From contig NC_043017.1 in the NCBI RefSeq assembly GCF_006345805.1, positions 23,560,001-23,624,000 on the forward strand: a stretch of 64,000 nt of DNA. Direction: 5' to 3'. This stretch comes from Octopus sinensis (lineage: Eukaryota). The notes below the pieces were generated by a model. That model was not told the origin of the DNA and made no database searches. It saw only the letters and a program-made list of their open reading frames with translations. This document shows positions 1 through 12,486 of the stretch, piece by piece; within the stretch, counting starts at the first letter, position 1, and every line of letters begins with the position of its first letter. Made by a program: the position numbers and the translations under genes.

Positions 1-508
1 CTTGAGTAAGGCTCTTCACTTCATACTGCTCCAGTCTACTCAGCTGAAATGTGCACTGGCTGGTTGCTGGTGCAGTACTTCCTTCTTGATGTCAAATCCT
101 ATTTGGTTTGCTGGGTCAAAGGTGAGAGAGTTGAAAGTATGTTTATATCTGTTTGTTAGTAGAAAGGCAGCTACAACAATTAGTCAAAGCATGATGCATG
201 TTACCAAACCATACTTAATTGCAAATGGTAGTTGGCTGTGTGAGGCATCTCAACAAAATGTTTTATTACATTTGCCCCAGTTTGTCTGACTGTATGAAGC
301 ATCTCAACAAAACATTTAATTACATTTGCCCCAGTTTGTTTGGCTGACAAAAAATAACAAATAAACACAGTCTCCACTCCCCTTATTTAAATGGTTAAAA
401 TGGTGACTAATCCAGCTGTTATATAAAAGTAAACAAACAACCCCCACTCACCCACCCACTTATGCAGCAGTTGGGAAAAATAGATGGAAAACAAGCATTT
501 CAAAAAAT

Positions 509-983
509 ATGGCTGTATGGTAAGAAGTTTGCTTCCCAAGAACATGGTTCTAGGTTCAGTCCCACCTAGAGCAAGCGTCTTCTACTATAGCCTATGGCCA
601 ACAAAAGCCTTGTGAGTGGATTTAGTAGATAGAAGCTGAAAGAAGGCTGTTACATATATATGTCTGTCTGTCTGTCTGTCTGTATGTATGTATGTATTTA
701 TGTATGTATGTATCTGTGTGTGTGTATGTGTGCGCGTATGTATATATGTGTGTATGTGTATGTCTTTGTGTCTGTGGTTGTTCCTCAATATCAGTTGGAA
801 ACTGGTGTTGGTGTGTTTACATCCCCACAAATTAGCAGCTTGGCAAAAGAGACTGATAGGATAAGTGCCAGATTTAAAAAAGAAGTACAGGGGTCAATTC
901 ATTGGACTAAAAATTCTTCAAGGCTGTGCTCCAGCATGGCCACAGTCTAACGACTAAAACAAGTACAAGGTAAAAGATAAAAG
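509..983 (+). mobile_element. tRNA-derived CORE-like SINE, family A (5' module, internal TA/TG microsatellite, 3' module)
   Basis: A-box-like TGGCTGTATGG and B-box-like GGTTCAGTCCC, CORE-like GAGCAAGCGTCTTCT segment, AAAAG-type tail; matches the many copies elsewhere in the window. Confidence 0.85.
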
Positions 984-1340
984 AATTATTTGGATGCATA
1001 TTCATATACATATGTCGTCTCCATGGAAACTAGATTCATGACAACCCAAGGGCCGTTTTGGTTGCTTGGTACAAGGATCAAACCAATTAGTTTCAATGTT
1101 ATTCGATAAATCATTACCCTACACATTCAAACCTCAACTTATGTCATTTCAATTTAAATCATTTTTAACTTTACATTTTAAAGAAATGAATGGAAAAAAT
1201 AAACTTCAACTTCACATAGTTTACCCGATTTTATGTCAGTCTCAGAGGAACATAATTGCATAAATAATGTTTTTGAAAAAATACCTAAAAACTATTACTG
1301 ACATGAAAAATCAAATATAAAAAAAAACATGTGGAAATAA

Positions 1341-2402
1341 GTACAAACCATTTATTCTTTTCTGCTCTCGGCACAAGGCCCGAAATTTTTGGGGAGGGGG
1401 CCAGTCGATTAGATCGACCCCAGTACGTAACTGGTACCTAATTTATTGACCCAAAAGGATGAAAGGCAAAGTTGACCTCGGCGGAAAGGTACAAACGATT
1501 TATTCTTTTCTACTCTTGGCACAAGATCCAAAATTTTTGGGGAGGGGGGGCCAGTCGATTAGATCGACCCCAGTACACAACTGGTACTTAATTTATTGAC
1601 CCGAAAGGTTGAAAGGCAAAGTTGACCTCGGCGGAAAGGTACAAACGATTTATTCTTTTCTACTCTTGGCACAAGATCCAAAATTTTTGGGGAGGGGGGG
1701 CCAGTCGATTAGATCGACCCCAGTACACAACTGGTACTTAATTTATTGACCCGAAAGGTTGAAAGGCAAAGTTGACCTCGGCGGAAAGGTACAAACGGTT
1801 TATTCTTTTCTACTCTTGGCACAAGATCCAAAATTTTTGGGGAGGGGGGGCCAGTCGATTAGATCGACCCCAGTACACAACTGGTACTTAATTTATTGAC
1901 CCGAAAGGTTGAAAGGCAAAGTTGACCTTGGCGGAAAGGTACAAACGATTTATTCTTTTCTACTCTTGGCACAAGATCCAAAATTTTTGGGGAGGGGGGG
2001 CCAGTCGATTAGATCGACCCCAGTACACAACTGGTACTTAATTTATTGACCCGAAAGGTTGAAAGGCAAAGTTGACCTTGGTGGAAAGTTACAAACGATT
2101 TATTCTTTTCTACTCTTGGCACAAGACCCCAAAATTTTTGGGGAGGGGGCCAGTCGATTAGATCAACCCCAGTATGCAACTGGTACTTAATTTATTGACC
2201 CAAAAGGATGAAAGGCAAAGTTGACCTCAGCGGAAAGTTACAAAGGATTTATTCTTTTCTACTCTCGGCACAAGACCCGGAATTTTGGGGGAGTGGGGCC
2301 AGTTGATTAGATCAACTCCAGTATGCAACTGGTACTTCATCTATCGACCCCGAAAGGATGAAGGCAAAGTCAACCTTGGCGGAAAGGTACAAACAATTTA
2401 TT
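1341..2402 (-). repeat. Tandem array of 7 x 148-150 bp units derived from a headless family D SINE
   Basis: Unit starts at 1341, 1489, 1639, 1789, 1939, 2089, 2238, with a terminal junction at 2387; each unit is the reverse complement of the family D body and tail. Confidence 0.95.
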
Positions 2403-3031
2403 ATAACACATGTAAGCTAATAAATTTTTCTTAAATGGTTTTTGTCTTATGACATTTTCTGAGTTAAGTCACATCTTGGAACCAATTAATTATTAATAAG
2501 GATGAACTGAGAAGATGCTGAGCTGGCAGGGTTGTTAGCATGCCAGGCATAATGCTTAGCACATTTCATTCATCTTATGATTTCAGCTCAAATGCTGCCA
2601 TGGCCTACTTTCTCTTTCATCCTTTTGGGGTTGATAAAATAAGTACCAGTTGATCACTGGGATGAATCTAATTGACTAAGCCCCTTCCCCAAACTGCTAG
2701 CCTTGGGCTAAAATTTGAAACTGATAAGTATGAACTTCAGCACAAACTCATTTGCATAAAAAAAATACATAAGTTAGTGTTAACATATTATTTTTTTTTC
2801 TTTTACACTTGTTTCAGTCATTGGACTCTGGCCATGCTGGACTTCCATCTTGAAGGGTTTTTGCCTGATCAAATCAGCCTTGGTACTTGTTTGTTGTGTA
2901 AAGTCTAATAAGTATTCCTTTGGTCTCTTTTATTTTTTTGGAGAGCCCCGAAGACATAAACAAACCAACACTAGTTGTCAAACACTGAAATACAAATACA
3001 CACATGTATGAGTGTATGTGTGTGTGTGTAT

Positions 3032-3468
3032 ATCATCATCATCATCCTTTAGCATCCGCTTTCCATGCTGGCATGGGTTGGACGGTTCAACTGGGGTCTG
3101 GGAAGCCAGAAGGCTGCACCAGGCCCACTCTGATCTGGCAATGATTCTATGGCTGGATGCCCTTCCTAAAGCCAACCACTCCGTGAGTGTAGTGGGTGCT
3201 TTTTACGTGCCACCGGCACAGGTGCCAGACGAAGCTGGCAACGGCCACGATCGGATGGTGCTTTTTACATGCTACCGGCACGGAAGCCAGTCGTGGCGGC
3301 GCTGGCAACGGCCACATTCGGATGGTTCTCTTATGTGCCACCAGCACTGGTATCGCAGCTACATTTTCCATTGAAGTTGATCGATTTTGATTTTGATTTT
3401 CACTTGCCTCAACAGGTCTTAACAAGTAAAGTTTTGTGTCCCAAGAAGGAGAGGTATGCATAAGTGGA
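3032..3468 (-). mobile_element. Family B retroposon with (GAT)n tail and internal ~50-bp subrepeats
   Basis: (ATC)n at 3032, GGATGCCCTTCCTAA core, repeated GGCACGTAAAAAGCACC-type units; other copies at about 3945-4229(+), 6985-7151(+), 12995-13338(+), 14815-14899 (cut by the gap), 23155-23412(+), 25965-26095(+), 32796-33111(-), 53774-53964(+). Confidence 0.85.
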
Positions 3469-4939
3469 TGCAAGTATATACATATGTGTGTGTGTGTGTG
3501 TTTGTTTGTATATGTATGTGTGTGTATATATGTATGTATATATATTGTCTGAATTTTATAGTGTTAATTATCCATTATGGCTGATCTTACCAATCTGTTT
3601 CTTATGAAATTATATAATGGAGTGTTAGGCAACAAACCAGTTATATAATATACACTCTGTTTTTTTTTTTTTTTTTCTTTTTTTTATATATCAGTATGTC
3701 CTAAATTTCTATAAGCTTGCTGTTGATAAAGGATACTTGCTACTGATAATGCTCAGAGATGCAGAAATCTAAATTTAGCAATTCCACCAATGCCCCTGGA
3801 TACACTTCTGCACTGTGCATTTCAAGAAGATACTTTCTAGAGACAAATACTGCAGTCCTGTGGCATTCTACAGTATATCCATATTAAGTAAGATATAGAG
3901 AAAGCTATTTAAACTAGATTACAATGATAAGTGAAGAGAGTGACATATAATCGAGACCTTTGGCGATACACCATGCTTGAGAAGACCTGTCAAGCCAAGT
4001 GAGATCATAGTTGTGGCTGATGCTGGTGTTACATAACTGGCACCTGTGTCGGTGGCATGTAAAAGGCACTCATTACACTCATGAAGTGGTTGGCATTAGG
4101 AAGGGCATCCAGCCGTAGAAACCATGCCAAATCAGGTTGGAACCTGGTGCAGCACTCAAGCTTACCAGTTTTCAGTCAAACCGTCCAACCCATACCAGCA
4201 TACAAAACAGGTGTTAAATGATGATGATTAGCTTACAACCATTTCTAGAGGTATAAAGAATATCTTCAGATACCTTTCAAGAGAATTATCCTTTTGAAAT
4301 TCTATACTTTATTAACAAAAAGAACCTTTGATTATGAAATTTATTTCATTCATTATTTACAAACAACTTGAAATGGAAATCCATCTTTGTGAAATATCAT
4401 CTGAAAACTTAAGAACCTGGATTGTGTTTCATTTGTTTTGTCTTAATTTATCAATATTTCATGGTTTTTTTTAATGTTTTTATGTTTCCATGATTTGTTT
4501 TTTTTTTTTATTTTGGGTTGATAATAGTTAAATTAGAGAGCCAAAACTCTCCCAGGATGGCATGAAGGATGATGAGAATCACAATGTGGATAATGAAAGT
4601 GGTGGTAGTGGCTGCGGCGGTGGTGGTGGTGGTGGTGACAATGGCAATGGTGGTGGTTGTGGTGATGGTAGTGGTGATAATGATGATGATGTTAAAATAT
4701 TGGTTCTTCTCTGAAGATAATCTTCAGAATAACAAAAAAAAAAAAAAGGTAAAAGTGGACTGAAAAATCTGTTTTATTTCATGAAACTCAACAAATCTGC
4801 ACTTAATGGGGGGGGTGGGGAGAAAGAAGGAAAAGTAAAACAGAAAGGATGATAAAAGGAAAAGAAGGAAAAATAAAAAGAACTTTTGTCACAGATATTG
4901 TTTCTAATATTACAGATTTTGGATCATCTTGAAACACTG

Positions 4940-4972
<33 letters not shown>

Positions 4973-5440
4973 CATACATACATGACTGCACATACACACT
5001 TATATGACTGCGCAACCACACTCTCGTGCAGATATACACACACACATATACAGATGCACACACATAAACATTTACACAACTGGATATACATACACATACA
5101 CACACATAAACATGTACATAACTGGATACATATACACACACAAATTATTGTGAACACACACACATGCATGGTTGCATGCGTACACACATATACACACACA
5201 CTACAAAATTGCACATTTTCTTGTATATGCACACATACACACACACACAAACAATTATATAACTGCACACACGGTTCATATTCTGCTGCGTCCTACTTTG
5301 TCTTTCTATACATTTAATATGTATAGATATATGCTTATCACACCACATACACACATGCTTACATACATACATACACACATACATACATGCATGCTTGCAC
5401 ACTGCACAATGCACAATTGTGCAAACATATATAGAGCCAG
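4940..5440. repeat. Compound (CA)/(TA) low-complexity tract with ~60-bp higher-order units
   Basis: Repeated ACACATAAACAT(T/G)TACA(C/T)AACTGGATATACAT blocks within CA repeats; ORFs here are artefacts. Confidence 0.85.
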
Positions 5441-5833
5441 GAAATTTTATCCTGTGAAATTTTAAAGATGGCTTTTTGGAGGGGTTCATATGTTCTTGGG
5501 CCAATTTCAGGAAAGTAATTTATTTTCTGAAATTTAAATCATTCAATTTTCCCATGTTTCAAAGGACTGTTTTAAAATTTTGTAAAACCAAAATCATATA
5601 TATGTATATGTGTTTATACTTGAGTTTTTGTATTTACTTGCTTACATCTATCTATCTGTCTGTCTTTTTCTGTTTTATATATATATATTAGAAATATTAT
5701 TTCTAAATCTCTCAAAGAGAGACATTCAGATATATCCATATATATATATATATATATATATACATAAATACACATGTATATATATATCAATTATATCTAT
5801 ATATGTGTGTGTGTCTCTGTATATGTGTGCGTA

Positions 5834-5864
<31 letters not shown>

Positions 5865-6131
5865 AAATAAATACATATGTACATATACATACGTGTGTGT
5901 GCATGTATATATACACACATGTATAAATATACATCTATACACACATAGGCACATCTGTCATTAGTGACAGAAGCACTATTAGTACAGAACAGCATTCTGT
6001 ATATCATGCTTGACTCAGATATACTACAGAAGCCTTGAAACTGGGGTGACAATATATGTCTATGCAAGATGGTTTCTTGAGATGAATATCACAATTTCAA
6101 GACTTTCAACAGTATATCTCTGTTAAGTATG

Positions 6132-6194
<63 letters not shown>

Positions 6195-6273
6195 CATCTC
6201 TTTCTCTCTCTCTCTGTATAACTAAACCCCCATACTTTGTGTGTATGTATGTATGTATGTATGTATGTATATA

Positions 6274-6309
<36 letters not shown>

Positions 6310-7488
6310 TGACATGCACACACTCACACAAAAACACATTTACACACATAAAGAAGAATTGAAAATTTTACACCATCAGAATTTGCTTATTACAGTATTA
6401 TTCTCATTAAATTCCAATCTAACACATGTTTCTACTTGATAAATGTCCCAATGTCCTTTGATATGGCATTTATGTGCATTTAGTTGATTCAGTTGCCGTA
6501 TATATTCATCTCAAATACACATTCCTCTGCAGCTTTGTTCAAGATTTTACCCAATTTTACCCATGAGTGGATTTCCTCTTTATTTCCTCCCTTTTTCAAT
6601 TCCTTTTAGATCAATCTATCTAATCTTATATGGTATCATTTTATCCTCATTATGAGTGTCCAGTGAGGTGAATGTATCCTTGCCTATATAAGGTTTTTTT
6701 TCTTCTAGTTCTAAGTATATAAAAATAATCTATTCCTTTAAATTCTAAAGAGAAAAATTTTTTATGATGTCTTGGTTATATACTCTGTACGTTGTGTGAA
6801 ATCCAGTGAAGTAAACTCAGGATTTACCTATTGAGTGAAGTACCATTTGCTTGTCTTAATTGATTCTGTATGTTCCCTATCATTCAATGTGGTTAGCCAG
6901 ATCTGGATTTTATCAGAGTGCTAACAAGGTACCTGCACAAATTCCAAAACCCTATCCCTTTACATTACATATATATATAAAAAAACACCCACTACACTTA
7001 CGGAGTGGTTGGCGTTAGGAAGGGTATCCAGCTGTAGAAACACTGCCAAATCAGACTGGAGCCTGGTGCAGCCTCCATGGCTTACCAGACCCTGGTCAAA
7101 CTGTCCAACCCATGCTAGCATGGAAAACGGACGTTAAATGATGATGATGATATATATAATAATTATTTGAGGGAATATACATCCAAACTTATATATATAT
7201 ATATATATATATATATCAAAAATCGAATATAAATATATATTCTTTTCTACTCTAGGCACAAGGCCCAAAATTTTTGGGAAAGGGGCCAGTCGATTAGATT
7301 GACCCCAGTATGCAACTGGTACATAATTTATCGACCTCGAAAGGATGAAAAGCAAAATTGACCTTGGCAGAATTTATAGACAGACGAAATACCTGGTATC
7401 AACCACATTCAAATGATGCATTTTACGTGCTACCGAAATGGGAGCCAGTCAGGGAGCACTGGCCACAGCTACGATTTTTATATATTAT

Positions 7489-7519
<31 letters not shown>

Positions 7520-7520
<1 letters not shown>

Positions 7521-7830
7521 CTATTATATAAAATCCGTTCTGTCTGTGTGTGTCTTCTAGGATCTCAGGTATCCTCCATCCGATTGCGCTCGAATTTGAT
7601 ATGTAAATACCGACAGTATCAGGGTGTGTATAAGTCTTGAAAAAATTATGAAAATCGATTCCAGGTGAGAATGCGATCGATAAAGCCATGGGAATGTGCA
7701 TTTGTACGCGCAAATACATCAGCTGTTGCGATCAATACTATGCACACACAAGAAAAATGCACGTGCAGTTTGCGCAAAAAAAGCCTGCTGGCTTGAAATA
7801 ATGCCACAAAATGCAGTATATTTAAGAGAC
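7520..7830 (+). mobile_element. Non-autonomous Helitron-like element, 5' part
   Basis: Starts at TC in ATCTATTATATAAAATCCGTTCTGTCTGTGTG, like the element at 10698-11079; no 3' CTAG end found. Confidence 0.5.
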
Positions 7831-8077
7831 CAAAAAAGTAAGATGCAAAAGAGATATTTTCTTCAAACTTGGCATGAAGGAAGGAAAGACTATTTGGTTT
7901 CTCAAGAAGTTTTTTTTTTTTGCTTTAACTTCGTTTAACAAAACCAAAAATTTTATTGAAATAAAGGGATGCTTAATTATTTTTTAATGAAAAGAAAACA
8001 CTGATTGCTTTTTATTCAGCAGAGATGGCAGGTGTTTTGCTTGTATACATATATTTTTATATATATTTATACAATGG

Positions 8078-8460
8078 GTACTGAAAATACAGGAGGATCA
8101 GTTAATTATGATTTTATCCAATATATTTCCCTCTCAGATTCACACACTTATTGCAGTGGCCCTTTAGCATTTAAACCGGCCATATCCGGCCAAAAGTATT
8201 CTGCCAGTTTTATGTTCAAACTGGCCATATCTGGTCTCTCACACTAACCCGACAATATTGTTTTAAAAATTAACAGTTACCTCATCAAAATCTCAAAACT
8301 ACAAGATAATGCTTGATTAGTTCAAGGCAATGTGGATGAAAAAGCACTAATTTTGGTAGAATAATGTGAACACTAAAGGGTTAAAGAACTAGGAAGTTTG
8401 GGCCCCCAACCAGGGATTTTGTAACACCCTTAAAGTCAGAAACTTTTCAGCACCGCCTCA
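8078..8460 (+). mobile_element. Mariner-type MITE interrupted by a piggyBac-type MITE (8160-8380)
   Basis: Flanks match the intact MITE at 57279-57483; the insert has CCCTTTAG...CTAAAGGG ends followed by TTAA. Confidence 0.75.
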
Positions 8461-8501
8461 TGTGCATATATGTGTTTATATAAGTATGTACTCATATGCA
8501 T

Positions 8502-8536
<35 letters not shown>

Positions 8537-9114
8537 CAATTCACAATGATAACACGGAAAGCTAATTCTTTTATAAATCTCATAAGTGAATAGGACTGGT
8601 GCTTATCTCTATTGTGTATTGTGCTAAGTAACAGGTTTTGATGTCATAACACTTGCATCATGTGCTTTATAGCAGTGTGAGAACTGATATTAATAAAACA
8701 ATGAGATACAAAAAAGAAAAGGAAAAAAATGAAAATATATAACAGAATAGTATAACACAGTGTATGGCATGTATGACATATGAGGTAATTTATTAATGGA
8801 AGTGATATTGGTATGTTGGGTAGTAGAGTTGATGCTGGTGTCTTACAAATTCTTTACATGTTTCTGAGAAAGAAGAATAGAGATAAAAAAAAAGATAAAG
8901 AAATGGCTAAGTGTGATGTAAAGAAAGATCTGGAAGTAGAAAAGATAATAACTATTGAGGATTCTCTTCAAAATCTTAGAAGGAAAAAATGGAGAGAAAA
9001 ATAATGGCAGACGTTGAAGGAGATTGTGTACAGGTGATGGGTATCAAAGAGGTGTGTATGGATGGAATAAATCTCAAGGCAATATTCGAAGATGAGGAGT
9101 TTGCCTACGATATT

Positions 9115-9480
9115 GATAATGATTATGATGATCATGATGGTTACAATGTCAGCGATGATGATGATGATGATAAGGATAATGCTGATGAAGATGACTATGA
9201 CGATGATGATAATGATACCAGTGATGTCAATGACAACAACAACAACGACAATGATGATGATGACAATAACAACGACACCAGTGATACCAGAGTCAATGAT
9301 GGTGAGAACGATGATGATGATGACGATGATGATGATGATGATGATGACAATGACAACGATGATTATGTTGGTGGTAGAGATGATGATGATGGTGGTGGTG
9401 GTGGTGGTGGTGGTGGTGGTGATAATGGTGATGATGACGATGACAATGATGATGATGATAATGCTGTTGCTGTTGATGAA
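9115..9480. repeat. Degenerate (GAT/GAC/AAC/GGT)n trinucleotide tract
   Basis: In-phase mixed triplets give Asp-, Met- and His-rich ORFs in several frames on both strands. Confidence 0.85.
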
Positions 9481-10697
9481 GTGGGGAGCAAGACAAATTG
9501 CCACCTGAATATGATATGGGGGCAATCACAAGAAGCTTTTCCTTTCCAACAAAAAGAATTAACCTCAACTCTGCCAGCCAATAAAACATTTATCAACCCC
9601 TCCCCTCAAATACACTGAGCTCTTGCTGTTGTCGTTTAGCCCCAGGTCAGCTCCGATTGAGCATGTATGTGATCAAAGCCATTCTAGCTATTGTGGCTCC
9701 ACATTTTTTTCTGTAGTTATATATCTAAGATTGCAATCTCCAGCACATCCTGTAAGGTTGTGATTTGAGGGAATTTGATTACTATTTCTAGGAGATTGCA
9801 TGACTATACAGTGGATCCCTCATTGGCTTCTCAGAGTTTCTGTTACTTGCAATGGTGAGCTTTACAATCATTTGAGTTCAGTGGCCTGAGCTGTTGAGAA
9901 CTACATTAATAATTGCTTCTAAGCCAGGCGCAAGTCCTGATATTTTGATGAGAGGGGAACAATCAACTAAAATGATTCCAGTATTTGACTGATACTTTAT
10001 TTCATTGATCCAACCCCATCTCAAGGAATGAAGGGCAAAGTTGATCAGAGCAAGATTTAGACTCAGAATATAAAGAGCTGAAACAAAATCAAGGATGACT
10101 TGATACTAATGTGTACCATACTTACGTTATTGATTTCAAGAGTTCTAGGAATGAGCAAACATAGATTACCCTTCCAGCCCGACCGTCTTTGAAATAAAAG
10201 GAACATTTAGAATGTGACAACTAGGAGAGAGTATTGCACCAGCACGGGGATGGTATTTCAGTTTTTTTGCTCATGGGTCACTGAGTACTTGCCAAGAAAT
10301 TTTTACACCATGCATCCATTTCAAGCACAATCTGCTGCAAGCGTGGGATTCCCCATTCACTGACCAAACCTGGAAGAGTCCTTGCGATCTAAAGCAGCCC
10401 AAGGGATAAATCCCTTGTTAACCTCGCCCAGCCCGCAAATGGCTGATCTAGGGGAGATAATCCATCCTCACTAACGCCGGAATATTTATTCTTTGACGAC
10501 CAAATGACCATTGACCATAACAGATTTCTGCCTCTCAGAAGTGAAGAGTTAAATTTGGCTTCAGACTAGAGTGTAATGAGTTGTCCATGAAGCTACAGCT
10601 CTCGTGGATGCAAAACCATTGGTCACTCTATGACCAGACATTAACTTTATGACTTTAATAATGTATGTATGTATATATATATATATATATATATCTA

Positions 10698-11079
10698 CTA
10701 GCAGTATCGCCGGCGTTGCTCAGGTTTGTAAGGGAAATAACTATAAAGCATTTTTAGAGAGTTATAGCCAAAAAATATCAAAAAAATGGAAAAAAATGAT
10801 GGTAAATTTTTTTGAGAGTAAAAAAAGGTGGAGTTGCGTCCCCTAGACAGTTTGCGGTTTGTGTTTCTGATTCTCGACCCCATGTCGAATTTATCGATTT
10901 TTTTCAGAACTGGGGGAACTTTTCAAAATTTTCGCTGCGTTAGTTTTGAATTATGACATTGGGCTATGTGTGTGTCAAGTTTCATCAGAATCGGTTGAAA
11001 GTCGTGGTCAGAGTGAGGGTACAAGCAAACAGACACACAGAAACACGCACAGACAAACTGCCGTTTATATAGAGAGAGA
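10698..11079 (-). mobile_element. Non-autonomous Helitron-like element (Lep1-like architecture)
   Basis: Minus strand begins TC(TCTC)TATATAAACGGCAGTTTGTCTG and ends with an imperfect hairpin CCTGAGCAACGCCGG followed by CTAG; no TSD. Confidence 0.7.
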
Positions 11080-11239
11080 TATATGGAAATGTACTTGCAT
11101 AGCAAGTGACCTGATCTGAGATCCTGTCCTGAAACAAAAGCAATTGCAATGTGGAAGGTGTTTATAAGCCTTCGTTAAATGATGATGATGATGATGATAT
11201 ATATATATATATATATATGTGTATATATATATATATATA

Positions 11240-11589
11240 TGGAAATGTACTTGCATAGCAAGTGACCTGATCTGAGATCCTGTGCCGAAACAAAAGCAAT
11301 TGCAATGTGGAAGGTGTTTATAAGCCATTTAACAACACACAAAAACTGTTCGATTCACTTCAACATTTAAATTTAATTTGCCAAAATATTTACGTCGCTT
11401 TAAAAACGTGACCTGTTCACTGACAAAATTCTGTGCTGCACAGAGATGCAGCATGGAATTTTGTCAGTGAACAGGTTGCGGACTCAAAGCGACGAAAATA
11501 TTTAGGCAAATTAAATTTAAATGTTGAAGTGAATCTAACAATTTTTGTGTGTTGTTAAATGGCTTTTAAACACCTTTCACACTGCAATT
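11240..11589 (-). mobile_element. (TA)n-anchored fold-back element with 143-bp inverted arms
   Basis: Arms 11298-11440 and 11447-11589, 128/143 identical by manual alignment, 6-nt loop CAGAGA; (TA)n on both sides. Confidence 0.85.
11459..11510 (+). ncRNA. Hammerhead-like motif, type I minimal, G3-C8 variant (degenerate); mirror copy at 11377-11428(-)
   Basis: Stem I UUUUGUCA; core GUGAACA plus one extra G; stem II GUUGC/GCGAC; GAAA; palindromic stem III AAUAUU; U17; stem I 3' AGGCAAA with a mismatch at 1.1. Confidence 0.6.
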
Positions 11590-11640
11590 ATATATATATA
11601 TATGAAAAAACAAGTCAAGATAATTTTATAAAGAACATTT

Positions 11641-11678
11641 CAGTACTGGTTTCAGTTATTTTGAGACCTTTTCAACTG
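11641..11678 (-). ncRNA. Hammerhead-like motif, type I minimal, U3-A8 variant (degenerate) in the PLE terminal region
   Basis: CAG-UUGAAAA-GGU(loop)ACU-GAAA-CCAGU-A-CUG; stem III ACCAGU is one change from the palindrome ACCGGU; triplet GUA. Confidence 0.6.
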
Positions 11679-12201
11679 TAACGATTAAATAATTCAATTT
11701 AGAAAAATTAAAAGCAAAGTTTAAAAAAAAAATATTTGTATAGTGTTCAAATATAAGTGGCATTTTCCTGGTTTTTGCCTTTCTCTGTCTCTCTTGTTTA
11801 CACTTGTGGGTTGGAGGGAGGTCATTGTGAATTCTTGGTAGGGAAGAAGAAGAAGAAGAAGAAGAAGGATGAGGAGAAGGGGGAGAAAGAATTTAGAGTG
11901 CCTTGATTGTTTTGAGTGGTCAGTGGTGGCTAGCAGTTGCTGTTCAATTCATGAGTATATTTCTATTGAAAGGTTTGTTTATAGCATTAGTGATAAAGTT
12001 AGGAAGTAGAAGGGGGAGAAGGAGAAGATGATGGTGATGGTGATGATGATGATGATGATGATGAAGAAGAAAGAGAAGGGAGAATATGAATGAGTGGAAG
12101 TAGTGAGGTGTTGTATGACTTAAAGTTGGCACCTTATGGGTTATAGCTGTGATTGGGGCTGATATTTAATGGATTCTTAGGAATGTAATATTTGTGTTAT
12201 T

Positions 12202-12486
12202 CTAAAGCCAAGGTGGATGTTTGTCATACACACCGTTCAGAAGGGGCCTGTATTTTGTAATAAAGAGAGGGAAAATCCTGAAGTTTGGTGTTTTGTTGTT
12301 GGCGCAAATATCTATGTGTTGGCTGAATGCTATTTTTCTGTTTTGGGGAATTTTTATCTGGGATCTGTGCAGGGCCATTCTTTTATGCAAACTATTTTTT
12401 GTTTGGCCTATGTATTGCTCTTGACACCCAGAGCAGGTTAGTGTGTATATCAGGTTCTCCGAAGCACATGTGAAGTTGCTTTTCAC
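12202..12486 (-). pseudogene. PLE GIY-YIG endonuclease fragment
   Basis: FTCASENLIYTLTCSGCQEQYIGQTKNSLHKRMALH fits the GIY-YIG IY...YIG motifs, with CxxC and conserved R and H. Confidence 0.9.

Noticed and set aside
1341-2402. CRISPR-like or tRNA-gene array
   Set aside because: Units are full repeats without unique spacers, lack the A box and a complete B box, and lie in a eukaryotic context
4710-4728. CTGAAGA-TAA-TCTTCAG
   Set aside because: A simple 7-bp hairpin; no GAAA or stem III
8813-9110. Lys/Glu-rich ORF as a host exon
   Set aside because: No splice support; fragments such as WQTLKEIVY and a frameshifted EVCGW suggest decayed RTE linker sequence
10400-10620. Possible decayed LINE RT on minus (SERQKSVMVNG...SGVSEDGLSPL)
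   Set aside because: Needs a frameshift and lacks the downstream motifs; too weak to list as a feature
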